The notes under the pieces were generated by a model that worked only from the letters and a program-made list of their open reading frames with translations, had not been told where the DNA came from and did not search any database. A DNA stretch of 64,000 nt from positions 878 to 64,877 of the forward strand of contig JBGATS010000004.1 of NCBI GenBank assembly GCA_044229075.1, given 5' to 3'. Source of the stretch: Minisyncoccia bacterium (GTDB taxonomy: Bacteria; Patescibacteriota; Minisyncoccia; Phycocordibacterales; UBA1006). Below, piece by piece: positions 1 to 10,542 of this stretch; the stretch's first letter is position 1, and every line of letters starts with the position of its first letter. The position numbers and the translations under genes were made by a program.

Positions 1-2097
1 TAGCGCAGGATGATCCTGCGGTACATTGGGTGATAGTTGCTGCAATATATGGTTTTGCACCATCAGGAGTGGTTGCTATGGTTCGATAGATAGGACCAGG
101 GGTAGTTACCGTAAATACATCTGTGGCAAGTAACGTTTCTCCGCTTCCATGGTTTTGTGGTCCTGGGTTAGTGTTTTTATAAAATTCGATATAGTAGTCA
201 CCAGGTGGCACATCGACATAGTAATCAACTAGTCCTGTAGCATCCACATTGGTGATTACTGGGTAGTTGAGTTGATCATTTGCACCAGTGTCGCTATCAC
301 CAATATCGTTGATATTAGTGCCGTATGGCGCTTCTGCATCGGGAACAAAATCACCATTAACATCGTGTAAAATATCAATATCATACCCGTTATTATAGAT
401 ACTATTATTAACGATTGCACCTGCAAAATTATTTCCAACAACAGAAAATCGAGGTAATACTATCCCAATAGGATTATCAGTAATACTATTATTATGGATA
501 ATTCCAACAATTTGCCTAAAACCCATTATTCCCGCAGCAGATGCGTATTTGAGAATATTTCCTTCTGCAGGAGTCACCCCACCAATATCCATATACTGAG
601 GATCTACTAAACTGTCACCAGCAATGAGAATATGTACTTCATTTTGTACAGGAACTCCTGTCACCGCCTCTTTGATCTGGGTTATCCCATCCATACCAAC
701 ACCAAAATAGTTTCCTTGGACTATATATGAATAGTTTGTACCGTCGGGAGGTGCCTGCACATCACCACCCAGTTCTAGTCCAAATCCAGGAGATCCTGCA
801 AGTGAGTTAGGGGTGCGCCCACCCGCAAAAACATTATGCTCGTAGGTTCCAGAACCCCCAACAAAAATATTTTGCCCAGAAAGATTTACACTGTCGTTTG
901 TTGTGGGGCCAATATGGGTTACACAATCTGGTTGAGTACCAAAACAGTTTCCCTTCAAGGTAATATCAGAAACTTGATGCTGTGGTGTGTTAATTGTATT
1001 TACCCAGACTGCACCTACTCCCGCATTAACAGGGCTCTGTATATGCCCACTAATAATATTACCTTCGCCAAGGTTGGACCCGCCAACAACTACGCGTTTA
1101 ATTGTATTGATAGGGTTGACAGCATTATCAATATTAACACCGATCTGACTCCCCAATCCGATTGTTCCTGTACGGTCAGTACCAATATAGTTTCCTTGAA
1201 TCATAATATCTTCACCTGATTCAATGTGAATATTTCTCGCAGCAACTGATGGATTCCAAGTATTAAGTGCGCCACTAATAATATTGCGTTCCTGTATAGT
1301 ATCTCCACCAATCGTAATATGGTGGGTCGCATCACTACTGGTTACGGTAATAATGTTTATATCACTCGATGTCGGGCGATCAGCGAATGTTGTTGACCCA
1401 TCTGATCGGACACCAATTAAATTACCCTGGATTGAGATTTCATAACTTTCAAGAATAGGAAGACTTATATTGCCTCCACTATTAATAATATTCCCATTCC
1501 CTATCGCACCATCACCAATCACGATATGGTTACTGTTCTGGATAGATAATCCAGAACTAATAGCACTATTCATTCCTGAAATATCGGTACCAATATGGGA
1601 ACAGGTAACTGAGATATTGTTTGAATTCATAATACTTAGACTTCTCACTGAGACTCCATAAATCCCGCCAGAAGATGCGCCTGAAAAGAAAATTTGTGAA
1701 TTACCACTGCCAAAGTTAATCTCCACTCCCAATGTCCGAGGAGATGAACCTGTAACAATTTCTCCACATGAAAGTCCTGGTATTCCAGAAACACCGTCGA
1801 TCATAATCGGCGAAGTAATAGCAGGAAGGGTGCTTATTGGATCAATGACCATAGGGCCACTGAATGTAATCGTATCTGATCCTGCTGGATCACCAGATCC
1901 ACATTCACCAGGTGATACGAATCCATGTGGATCTCCTGTTACAGTATCATTTGCTTTTTCTATTGCTTCACGGAGTGTACAGACACCGTCGTCTGCGATA
2001 ACATCAGTGTTTGAGTCTACAATAATACTGTTTGCATGGTGGTAATAACGACCATTGATACAAGGATTGATAATGGTTTGATAAGGTTTTTAGACAT
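1..2097 (-). CDS. Large secreted parallel beta-helix repeat protein with CSLREA-like N-terminal motif (CTLREAIEKAN) and Ca-binding DxDxDG-like repeats. C-terminus runs off the left window edge. The N-terminus shows an apparent frame break.
   Basis: Manual minus-strand translation in the frame with codon high-ends at 1 mod 3. It is open from 2089 down to position 1. Typical beta-helix repeats appear (IHNNSITDNPIGIVL, VGNNFAGAIVNNSIYNN). The motif PMVIDPISTLPAITSPIMIDG follows CTLREA. Absent from the ORF track because no stop lies in the window. Confidence 0.6.
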
Positions 2098-2135
2098 ATA
2101 GGTATAGTATATTGTATGGAGGGTATAAATGCAAG

Positions 2136-2172
2136 AAAAAAGCCAACCGGGGAGGTTGGCTTTTTTATTCTT
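2136..2172. terminator. Rho-independent terminator hairpin AGCCAACC-GGGGA-GGTTGGCT flanked by A6 and T-runs, so it can act in both directions
   Basis: Perfect 8-bp stem with A/T flanks. Sits between two minus-strand genes. A similar CCAACC/GGTTGG hairpin occurs at 3963-3995. Confidence 0.6.
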
Positions 2173-2175
2173 TTT

Positions 2176-3789
2176 TCAGCTATTATCTCTGCAATAATGT
2201 GCTACCTTATGATCTGGTAATCCGCTAGAAGTGTTTCTCATATATTTTTTAAAAGAAGTTTTTAATACAACATATCTGAAAAGATCTTTTGTATTAAAAA
2301 CGGGTAAAAAATATTTTTGTTTCATTGTTATTGAATTAAAACGAGAATATTTTTTTTCTGCGGATGACCTAATTTCTTTTTTTGAGAAACCGGTAATTAT
2401 TACCTGATCACCTTTTTCAAGGTCTGGAGGGACAGCAGTGTAGAAACAAGGTATTCTTTCTACATGTTTTTTTTGTGAGAAAAAAAACTTCTTAAAAAAT
2501 TGATCAATGGTAAGCGGACCAATATATTGATCAATTTTTATCTCGTTCCCTCTACCAATTTCATTGGTTAACACTGGAACAAATATTTTTTCCTGTATTA
2601 AGAAATATGATAATCCAGAGGCATAATGATTTCCCCAATCAGCGCCTGTGTACACATATAATCTGCGTGGAGGATTCTCTTTCAGTCTTCGTACAAGACT
2701 AAAAAGAGTTTTATTAGTAAACCTCTCTAAGGAAATCAGATATATACCTGGTAGAACATTCCCTAATTGTAAAAAAATTACCGTAATCGGTAGAATTATT
2801 TTTACACGAAAAGAAGACAATTCCTCTCTTGTAAGAAATACTATAAAGAGTGGCAAGATAAAACCGTATATTGGTGTTGCATAATGAGCAGCATACCCAA
2901 TATTTGTTCCTAAGAGAGCCCCTATATACACAATTGCAAGAGTACTAATTACGACAGTAGGGGTCAAAATGACTTTCTTATTTCTAAAAAAGAAATAAAG
3001 TATCGACAGTACAGTCAAACCGCAAATAATAATTATACTTGGATCGGAAATACTCCATTCTATAATTGCTTTTACTGCAAAAATAAAACTTGGTATAAAA
3101 CCAGCATCTGCACTCTGATACAAATCTTGAATCCTTGGAATAACAAAAAAAACATATAGCGAAAAGAAAATTATCCCTATAAAAGTGATAATTGCTCCAG
3201 CAATTTTTTCATAATTATTTTTTGAAAAAATAACTAAACTGATCCCTAATACGGTCATGGTAACCGCTGCGGTTTCTTTCAATAGTATTGCAACCATTCC
3301 AACAATAGTAAGTTGTATAGTCCAAGAAATATTTCTTTTTTTAAAGAAAAAAAGATTACTTATTATTAAAAATAATAATAGTAAATACCTCTCGGCATAC
3401 AATACCCTAAAAAAGGGAGCTGTCATTGCTGGGGAAAAAATTAATATTACAAGGAAAATTCCGAACAGCCACTTAATAGTTGAGCTTTTTATCCTTTTAA
3501 AAAACGGATATAGAAAATACCCACATAATAAAAAAGTGAGCGCAGAAAATCCATACGTGATGGTTAAAAAACCAATACGATCGGGAAAGAACTTGCGAAA
3601 CAAGTGCAACTCTGCGCCATGAAGTGGAAAAAATCTTCCACCACTGATGAGTTCAAATCCATACCAGCGACCAGCATCATCGGCAGCCAGAAAACCTGTG
3701 TCGTCAAATGGTGAAAAGTATCTCGTGTTGGTAAAAATTAATAGTGCATATATGATACATACTACTGAAAAAATAATTTTTGTTTTCAT
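2176..3789 (-). CDS. Polytopic membrane glycosyltransferase, GT-C fold (ArnT/PMT/GT39-like)
   Basis: At least 10 predicted TM helices. The first loop carries a DD motif (SPFDDTGFLAADDAGRWYG) typical of GT-C enzymes. C-terminal soluble domain. Start chosen at MKTKIIF, downstream of a leader inverted repeat. Confidence 0.55.
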   Translation of the reverse strand: MKTKIIFSVVCIIYALLIFTNTRYFSPFDDTGFLAADDAGRWYGFELISGGRFFPLHGAELHLFRKFFPDRIGFLTITYGFSALTFLLCGYFLYPFFKRIKSSTIKWLFGIFLVILIFSPAMTAPFFRVLYAERYLLLLFLIISNLFFFKKRNISWTIQLTIVGMVAILLKETAAVTMTVLGISLVIFSKNNYEKIAGAIITFIGIIFFSLYVFFVIPRIQDLYQSADAGFIPSFIFAVKAIIEWSISDPSIIIICGLTVLSILYFFFRNKKVILTPTVVISTLAIVYIGALLGTNIGYAAHYATPIYGFILPLFIVFLTREELSSFRVKIILPITVIFLQLGNVLPGIYLISLERFTNKTLFSLVRRLKENPPRRLYVYTGADWGNHYASGLSYFLIQEKIFVPVLTNEIGRGNEIKIDQYIGPLTIDQFFKKFFFSQKKHVERIPCFYTAVPPDLEKGDQVIITGFSKKEIRSSAEKKYSRFNSITMKQKYFLPVFNTKDLFRYVVLKTSFKKYMRNTSSGLPDHKVAHYCRDNS

Positions 3790-3962
3790 TTTTAAAATTG
3801 TTTTGGTGATGAAAAACCTCGAAAATAATTCAAAGATTTTCGTCACCAAAACAACCTATTTGACAAAGAACTCTATGTTAGAGTCTATATAATCATATTA
3901 TTATGTATATGTCAACTGTTCGTATATTTTATTTATGTACGAATCATCTATTCGCCACTCTT

Positions 3963-3995
3963 GGATTAAAAAAACCAACCTTTACGGGGTTGGCT
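3963..3995. terminator. Terminator hairpin CCAACC-TTTACG-GGGTTGG with A-run
   Basis: Lies downstream of the stop of the 4015 minus-strand gene. Confidence 0.5.
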
Positions 3996-4014
3996 CAAAA
4001 TTCTATAGGCAAAA

Positions 4015-6639
4015 CTAATTTTTAATCAGTTTGCCTATATATATTTTATTTTCAGATTTTCCTTCGAGGAAGTAAATTCCTGATGGAAAATTTGAAAGAT
4101 CTATCTGATTTAATCCAGATGTGAGCTCTCGTGTTGAAATAAGGACTTCAATTGAATTAAATATTTTCAGTGTACAATTCTCTTGAATCTCAACTTGTGC
4201 CAACCCATTTGTTGGATTTGGGTAGACAAGAACTTCTTGTGGAATTGTTATTACCTCTGACATGGATAGTACGCATATATCAGAATATGTGTATGTATCG
4301 TCAAAATCAATTTGTTTTATTCGATAATAAATTTTACCACTAAGTGTGGCTGTATCTACAAAAAAATAGTCGCGAAATTGATTACTATTTCCATCACCAG
4401 AAGGCACAAAACCAATGCTATCAAACTGTATACCATCCAACGAGCGTTCGATTGTGAACCCAGTATTGTTTATCTCTGATGCGGTTGACCATGAAAGTTT
4501 TGCACTTCCAGAGTCAATCTTGCACCCAAAGGAAACTAGTTCTACTGGCAACAATATTGCTGGGCGTAATACAAACGTCAACGTAATATCAGTATCTGAG
4601 AAGATTTGAAACTTTCTCGATGAATCTGGATACTCTTTTATCATGACGTCATGTCCGTTTAGAACAGTATAACTAATTTGCAATCCTGGCTTTGGAAGAT
4701 ACGGCCCCGACCAACTTTTGGTTAACGTCAGACTATTGAATTCTAACGTAACTATATTTGCTGAAATCGAGTCAAATACGATATGTACGTGATTCGTATC
4801 TGTTAATACGTTGTACGCATACTGTGGTTGAAACTGGTTTGTTAGCAGTTGCAGCGCAGGTAATCTCCGTGACTCCACGAAGTTTCTAAATTCCCCGAAC
4901 GTGTGCTCTTGTCCTATTGAATCACGACCACCATTCGGGTAGCCGCCCCATGCTTCATAGTTGTATTTGTAGTACGGTATTACTTTTGGTCGAAAAGTAT
5001 CTACTATACCAGTTAAACGATCTGGAAGTAACCCAGTGTTCAGCATGTCTTCATAGACAAGTATCATTCGGTCAATCGCTTTTGGCGATTTGAGAATGAT
5101 TTTCTGAATCACTTCACGCATAAAACCAAAATAGTTGACAGATGACGGACCTAAAATTTTAGAATTCCAGTTACTCGCATTTATACCCTCCCATATTCCG
5201 ACATCATCAAAGTCCTCCATGAGGATGAACAACTTGTTTTGAGGTGTCAGCCCTAGTCCAATGTTATTATCAATTACATCATTCATATTGAAGTGATTAA
5301 TTAGACATAGATATCGTAACCAACTACCAAGATCTATCAGTGTGAGGAGTGTATCATAATGATCATAGAGTGTATCTCTTGCGAGATTCACCAACGTTTG
5401 AGTAATGGGTTTTATGCGTTGATTTGTCCCCTCTTCTACAGAAGCAATGATGCGTTTCTGACCGTCATGGTTCGTTACACTAACAGATATAACAGTATCT
5501 ATATACCCTGCAGGAAAAAACTGCAATGTGTCAAACCCAAGCGACCGGAAAAAATTCCCTACAATAGTGGTATCGTAGTCAAAATTAAATCGTACCCATG
5601 TACCAGCAAACGTGCTGTCATAGATAGTGGTATCTGACCCGACAATAAGTGTGTCGTAAAAAGTCTTAGATCCCACGTATATCGTGTCATAATACACGTT
5701 GAACGGAATCGGTCGAATTAAATCGACGGAATCCTTATCAACACCATATACCGATGCAACATACCGTTCGTCTGACTTGCGTTGAGGGAACGTGAACGAC
5801 CAATATGATCCGTTGATATACAATATAGAAACCGCATTATCAACACCACCGATCCTCCAATTAGGATAGTTAATGATGCGTTGTACAATTTCATTGATAC
5901 CAAACGCAGGTATTTGACCACCGTTGCCACTTCGCAACTTTATCTTATACTCATCTTGTAGGACACCTACTGTTGGACTAAAGACTGAGGTACGCATCTT
6001 TTTCGGACCAAAAACCGGAGATTTATTCGTTGCTTTTACGGTGAACCCTTTGTTTGCGATACAGGCACTTGAGCCTGCTGCAATATAGAATTCAACCGGC
6101 TGGTTAACCTCAAGAACTCCAGTTGGACTAAATACATGTAGCCATGCACGCACCCGTATGTCTTCTTCATAACGATTTTGCATATCTGCAAAATCAAGTG
6201 AGTCAACAGTGACGAAAAACATGTGCACATTATGCGGTATAACGCCAAGACCGATAACATAAACAGAGTCTTTTACTACTGTTTGAGTTACTGTATCGAC
6301 AAGAACTACTTGTACTACATTTGTCTTGTTTCTATCCCCACTGGGTAAGTTGGAGTCAAATGCATAACTGCACGGATTCCGTGCGTATATCACATTTTCC
6401 CAAGTATTGATTTCTGCTGGTCTTTTTTTTAACCACATACCGCCCGAGTATGGACGATATGAGTCACCAGTGAAACGATTCATTGAAACCAACACTTGCT
6501 GGTTTACACCAGCGACCCAATTCACTGTGAAATAAATTGAGTCAACATTATAGAAGCCACTTTTGTGGCTGGTTTGCGAAAAAGTTTGAATACTTAGCAA
6601 GAATGTCATTACCAAGAATACCAAGATTTTTGTTTTCAT
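4015..6639 (-). CDS. Large secreted protein with signal peptide and a C-terminal T9SS-type (Por secretion tail) sorting domain
   Basis: N-terminus MKTKILVFLVMTFLLSIQTFSQ. The C-terminal ~75 aa read VYPNPTNG...IDLSNFPSGIYFL...KLIKN, matching the TIGR04183-type CTD consensus. Confidence 0.6.
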   Translation of the reverse strand: MKTKILVFLVMTFLLSIQTFSQTSHKSGFYNVDSIYFTVNWVAGVNQQVLVSMNRFTGDSYRPYSGGMWLKKRPAEINTWENVIYARNPCSYAFDSNLPSGDRNKTNVVQVVLVDTVTQTVVKDSVYVIGLGVIPHNVHMFFVTVDSLDFADMQNRYEEDIRVRAWLHVFSPTGVLEVNQPVEFYIAAGSSACIANKGFTVKATNKSPVFGPKKMRTSVFSPTVGVLQDEYKIKLRSGNGGQIPAFGINEIVQRIINYPNWRIGGVDNAVSILYINGSYWSFTFPQRKSDERYVASVYGVDKDSVDLIRPIPFNVYYDTIYVGSKTFYDTLIVGSDTTIYDSTFAGTWVRFNFDYDTTIVGNFFRSLGFDTLQFFPAGYIDTVISVSVTNHDGQKRIIASVEEGTNQRIKPITQTLVNLARDTLYDHYDTLLTLIDLGSWLRYLCLINHFNMNDVIDNNIGLGLTPQNKLFILMEDFDDVGIWEGINASNWNSKILGPSSVNYFGFMREVIQKIILKSPKAIDRMILVYEDMLNTGLLPDRLTGIVDTFRPKVIPYYKYNYEAWGGYPNGGRDSIGQEHTFGEFRNFVESRRLPALQLLTNQFQPQYAYNVLTDTNHVHIVFDSISANIVTLEFNSLTLTKSWSGPYLPKPGLQISYTVLNGHDVMIKEYPDSSRKFQIFSDTDITLTFVLRPAILLPVELVSFGCKIDSGSAKLSWSTASEINNTGFTIERSLDGIQFDSIGFVPSGDGNSNQFRDYFFVDTATLSGKIYYRIKQIDFDDTYTYSDICVLSMSEVITIPQEVLVYPNPTNGLAQVEIQENCTLKIFNSIEVLISTRELTSGLNQIDLSNFPSGIYFLEGKSENKIYIGKLIKN

Positions 6640-6990
6640 ATTTATTATTGTTTTGATTATCAAAAAATTCAAAAGATATAAATTCTCTGGTAATCAAAAC
6701 AATGTTTGACAAGGAGCTATTTTTATAAAAAAAATTACCATACATCATAGAAAATGTAAAGCGCTCCATACTATAGGATCAGTCTCGTTCCTTGTGTTGA
6801 TATAATGTATTGTGTACAAAAAAAGCTGATCTGTGTCAGCTTTTCATATTATTTGAAATATATAGGCGTATAGTTGTTGTAATTTTTTCTATTGCCTTTT
6901 AAAATGAAAAAAGTTAGTATGATTTTATTTTTCATATGACGCATAATTTTATTTACTGTAGGATTTTCTAAGTCTATTTTGTTTTCTATA

Positions 6991-7689
6991 TTATTTCCAT
7001 TTGATATATATATTTCTAAAAGGAGAATAATCTACGCTCCATGCCAATAAATCATCTAAATTCTTCAATAATAATGAAGAACCCTCGGGTACATATTGGG
7101 TATTTTTATTTATTGACGCTATTGATTTTTCAACTGAAATCAAGGGGTCCAATAAAACATTTCCAAAATATTTATTCAAAGAATTATTATTACTTAAACT
7201 AGTGTACATTTTATTCAGTTTGTGAATATTGATTGACTTATCGGATTTTAATAAAAGATCTCCTTGAGTATTATTTTCAAAAAAATAATTATAAAAATCT
7301 ACTTGTACGAATCCAATACCCTTCACTGGGTAAAAGTTTTCGAGAGCCTCAGTCAATATTTCTTTGTGCACGTTCCCAGTAGTGATTAGGTATGGCAGTG
7401 CCATAATTCTTTTAAAACCATCATCTGATATTTGTTTATAACTGCTTTTATATAGCTTTATTAGCTGTGTTTGGGTTGAAGGAACACCGTCAATTTTAAA
7501 CTTATTGATTTCCTCTTCAAAATTGTATTCAACCCTTTTGTTGAGATTTTTTTCGAGGAATAAAAAGATGATAAAATCAACTATTCTTTTTTTATTTGTT
7601 TCCATTTTTAATTGCTTTAGTTTCCAAAAAATCTTCTGGAGTAAAGAGTCTTTGGAAACCAAAACAATATGTATCAATGAAACCCTCAC
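6991..7689 (-). CDS. Hypothetical protein, paralog of the disrupted gene at 7806-8397
   Basis: Shared motifs LPYLIxTxN and a C-terminal LLLKN with the neighbouring gene. AT-rich region. Upstream TTGACA-N17-TTAACT. Confidence 0.5.
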   Translation of the reverse strand: MRVSLIHIVLVSKDSLLQKIFWKLKQLKMETNKKRIVDFIIFLFLEKNLNKRVEYNFEEEINKFKIDGVPSTQTQLIKLYKSSYKQISDDGFKRIMALPYLITTGNVHKEILTEALENFYPVKGIGFVQVDFYNYFFENNTQGDLLLKSDKSINIHKLNKMYTSLSNNNSLNKYFGNVLLDPLISVEKSIASINKNTQYVPEGSSLLLKNLDDLLAWSVDYSPFRNIYIKWK

Positions 7690-7744
7690 CTTTATTGCAG
7701 TTAATCATAATTTGTATCTTATGTCAAGGAATGGTGGTATATAA

Positions 7745-7772
7745 AAAGGCTTACTAGGTAAGCCTTTTCCCC
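7745..7772. terminator. Hairpin AAGGCTTAC-TAG-GTAAGCCTT
   Basis: Placed just downstream of the ancestral stop (about 7806) of the duplicated-disrupted gene, not its current stop. Confidence 0.5.
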
Positions 7773-7805
7773 TCACATACAATCAACTGCCAATATATTT
7801 TAATT

Positions 7806-8397
7806 TAATTCTTCAATAGAAGAGGGTCTTCTGTAAAAATTGTTTTCTCTTGTTCAATAATATAATTAGGAATTATTTTATTAAACAATTTTAAATTATA
7901 AATTTTATCTAAAGTTCTAGATTTGCTCATTCCTGATAACAATTCTTCAAATGAGAGCTTTATTAAAATAACAATTCTTCAAATGAGAGCTTTATTAAAT
8001 CTTTCTTAGTTTTTGAATAAACAGCTAAAGAATGGTCTATAGCAGTTTTCGCCCTTTTCCAAATGTTAGGGCGAAGATTATTGATTATCAATAATCTATC
8101 ATTAACAATGATAAAATAATTGTTTTGAAAAGTAGGTGACTTAATACTTTGCTCTATTTCATGCTCAATATAACCAGTACCTTTCATAACCTTGAAAACA
8201 TCACCAACATGTTTTAAAAGCAATTTTCTATTTTCTAATCCATTTGCTGTAATAATAAGATAAGGTAATAACAATACCTTATCTATTGTAAAATTATTTT
8301 TATTGTTAAAATCATCTAAATCTGTATAAACCCCATCCTTGATAGAATTATTGGCTAAGGTAACCAATATATACGCTAAGTTCTGTATTTTTTCCAT
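7806..8397 (-). pseudogene. Hypothetical gene (paralog of 6991-7689) truncated by a 32-bp perfect tandem duplication. Current ORF is 7963-8397.
   Basis: Removing one 32-bp copy restores a continuous frame ending ...FEELLSGMSKSRTLDKIYNLKLFNKIIPNYIIEQEKTIFTEDPLLLKN. That C-terminus aligns with the paralog's. A terminator sits after the restored stop. Confidence 0.55.
7936..7999. repeat. Perfect tandem duplication of a 32-bp unit ATAACAATTCTTCAAATGAGAGCTTTATTAAA (two copies)
   Basis: Copy 1 at 7936-7967 and copy 2 at 7968-7999 are identical. The unit length is not a multiple of 3. Confidence 0.9.
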
Positions 8398-8533
8398 ATT
8401 TTTTTATAAAAAATAGCATTTTTTATACTGTTTGTCTACTACGTTTCATTAGTTACCCTTGGTGCAAAATATTAAAATGTCGGGGCGTACCCTAATTTTG
8501 CATTTCTTGGCAGAATCTGGTATGGTGCCCGAT

Positions 8534-9604
8534 ATGAATACAGAACATATCATCACCGAGGTAAAAAAACTCGAACACAGCCGTGTCGAAATAACGGTTA
8601 CGATTCCTACTGTGGAAATTGAATCGTTTCGCAATCAAGTAATCCAATCATTACAACAGTCGATCGAAATTGACGGATTCCGAAAGGGTCATGCCCCAGA
8701 ATCAAAAATCATCGAACGAGTTGGTGATATGGGAATCTTGGCAGAAATGGCAGATCAAGCATTGTCTGAAAGTTATCCGACCATTATCACAAAAACAGAA
8801 ATCATGCCGATCGGGCGACCAGAAATTGTTATTACCAAACTCATCCCTGGGAATGACGTTATGTATACCATCACCACTGATGTTATGCCGACAGTAGTCA
8901 TTAATGATGTTGAAAAAATTGCACAAGAAAAAAACAAGCACGAGCTAACCGTTGCTGTTACTGATGCTGATGTAGAAAAAGCAATTACTGAAATCAGAAA
9001 AATGCGCGCCCATGAAAAAATGCACGAGGATGGTATCGATCACCATGATCACAACCATCACAATATCGCAGACGCTGATCTCCCAGAACTCACCGATGAT
9101 TATGTGAAAGGATTAGGCAATTTTGAAACTGTTGCTGACTTTACACAACACGTGCGCACAAATCTGGAACAGGAACACACGGCAACCGCCCACGAAAAAC
9201 GTCGGTTGGAAATTATCGAGGCGATCATGGACAAAGGTACCTATGATATCCCGGCAAGTATTATCGATTTTGAATTGAATAAAATGATGGAACAATTCAG
9301 TTACGATCTAGCAATGAACGGAATGAGTATCGATGAATATGCACAACATATTGGAAAATCTATTGATGATATAAAACACGAGTGGAAAGATCAAGCAGAA
9401 AAACGTGTTCGCATGCAGCTCACACTCGAAAAAGTTGCACACGATTTTTCTATTACACCTGATCAAGAAAAAATAGATACAGAAGTTGAAAAAATCATGG
9501 ACATGTACCAGAACGAATCACTCCAAAAAGAAAATGTGGTTACCTATGTTACCCAAATCATGACTAATACTGCGGTGTTTGATTGGTTGGAAGCACAGAA
9601 ATAG
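8534..9604 (+). CDS. tig: Trigger factor, short form lacking the FKBP/PPIase domain
   Basis: N-domain motif GFRKGHAP and a C-terminal TF-like domain. About 356 aa with no PPIase signature. Start supported by TTGCAT-N17-TATGGT located 7 nt upstream. Confidence 0.75.
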   Translation: MNTEHIITEVKKLEHSRVEITVTIPTVEIESFRNQVIQSLQQSIEIDGFRKGHAPESKIIERVGDMGILAEMADQALSESYPTIITKTEIMPIGRPEIVITKLIPGNDVMYTITTDVMPTVVINDVEKIAQEKNKHELTVAVTDADVEKAITEIRKMRAHEKMHEDGIDHHDHNHHNIADADLPELTDDYVKGLGNFETVADFTQHVRTNLEQEHTATAHEKRRLEIIEAIMDKGTYDIPASIIDFELNKMMEQFSYDLAMNGMSIDEYAQHIGKSIDDIKHEWKDQAEKRVRMQLTLEKVAHDFSITPDQEKIDTEVEKIMDMYQNESLQKENVVTYVTQIMTNTAVFDWLEAQK

Positions 9605-9874
9605 TTAAATCAGCTAATACATTCATGGACTGTTATCGAGCATTACAATAATAGGTACTACTGTCCCTACGCTGCAAGAAACTTCTGCGAGATAACAGAC
9701 CATGAATGTATAAAAGATTTTGTAGCTAAATTTGAATCACGATCTTATTTTTATGACAAAAACTCGCCCAAAAGGCGTTTTTTTGATATAGTACATTTCG
9801 GGAACTGCCGAACTGAAAAAATGATTGTTTTTCCTTATTCCCTACCTACCCATTTTAATCAATCTTATATTCCT

Positions 9875-10459
9875 ATGTCCTATTTAGTCCCCACTGTACT
9901 CGAAAAAACATCCATGGGTGAACGTGCCTATGATATTTATTCACGATTATTAAAAGACCGCATCATCCTGTTATCAGGTCCAATCAATGACGAAATTGCA
10001 AATCTTGTGGTTGCTCAGCTCATATTCCTCGAAAACGAAGACTCGAAAAAAGATATCACCCTCTATATCAATTCCCCGGGTGGGCACGTGCATGCAGGAC
10101 TCGGTATTATTGATACCATGAACTTTATCAAACCAGATGTAGCAGTCGTCTGTATTGGAATGGCAGCATCGATGGGTGCTATGATTCTGTCATCAGGCGC
10201 AAAAGGTAAACGTTTTGTATTACCCAATTCCGAGGTGATGATCCACCAGCCATTGGGTGGTGCAGAAGGTCAAGCATCCGATATTGCCATTGCTGCAGAA
10301 AATATTTTGAAAACACGTAACGTGCTCTATAAAATGCTTGCAAAAAATACCGGCAAGAAGATTGATCAGATTGAAAAAGATGCCGATCGTAACTATTGGA
10401 TGTCCTCAGAAGAGGCGGTAAAATATGGAATTGTTGATAAAATTATTACCAAACGATAA
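9875..10459 (+). CDS. clpP: ATP-dependent Clp protease proteolytic subunit
   Basis: [22 protein letters not shown]...[35 protein letters not shown]. Confidence 0.9.
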   Translation: MSYLVPTVLEKTSMGERAYDIYSRLLKDRIILLSGPINDEIANLVVAQLIFLENEDSKKDITLYINSPGGHVHAGLGIIDTMNFIKPDVAVVCIGMAASMGAMILSSGAKGKRFVLPNSEVMIHQPLGGAEGQASDIAIAAENILKTRNVLYKMLAKNTGKKIDQIEKDADRNYWMSSEEAVKYGIVDKIITKR

Positions 10460-10542
10460 AAAAGCCTGTGTTGTAATGACACTGGCTTTTTTTAAGAAAT
10501 AGTAAAAACTGAATCTCTGAAATCTATTTTTAATGTGAAAAA

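Noticed and set aside
256-2045. Track ORFs 256-441(-), 836-1219(+), 1470-1661(+) and 1830-2045(+)
   Set aside because: All lie inside or antisense to the beta-helix gene's true minus-strand frame (codon high-ends at 1 mod 3) and show no protein-like sequence.
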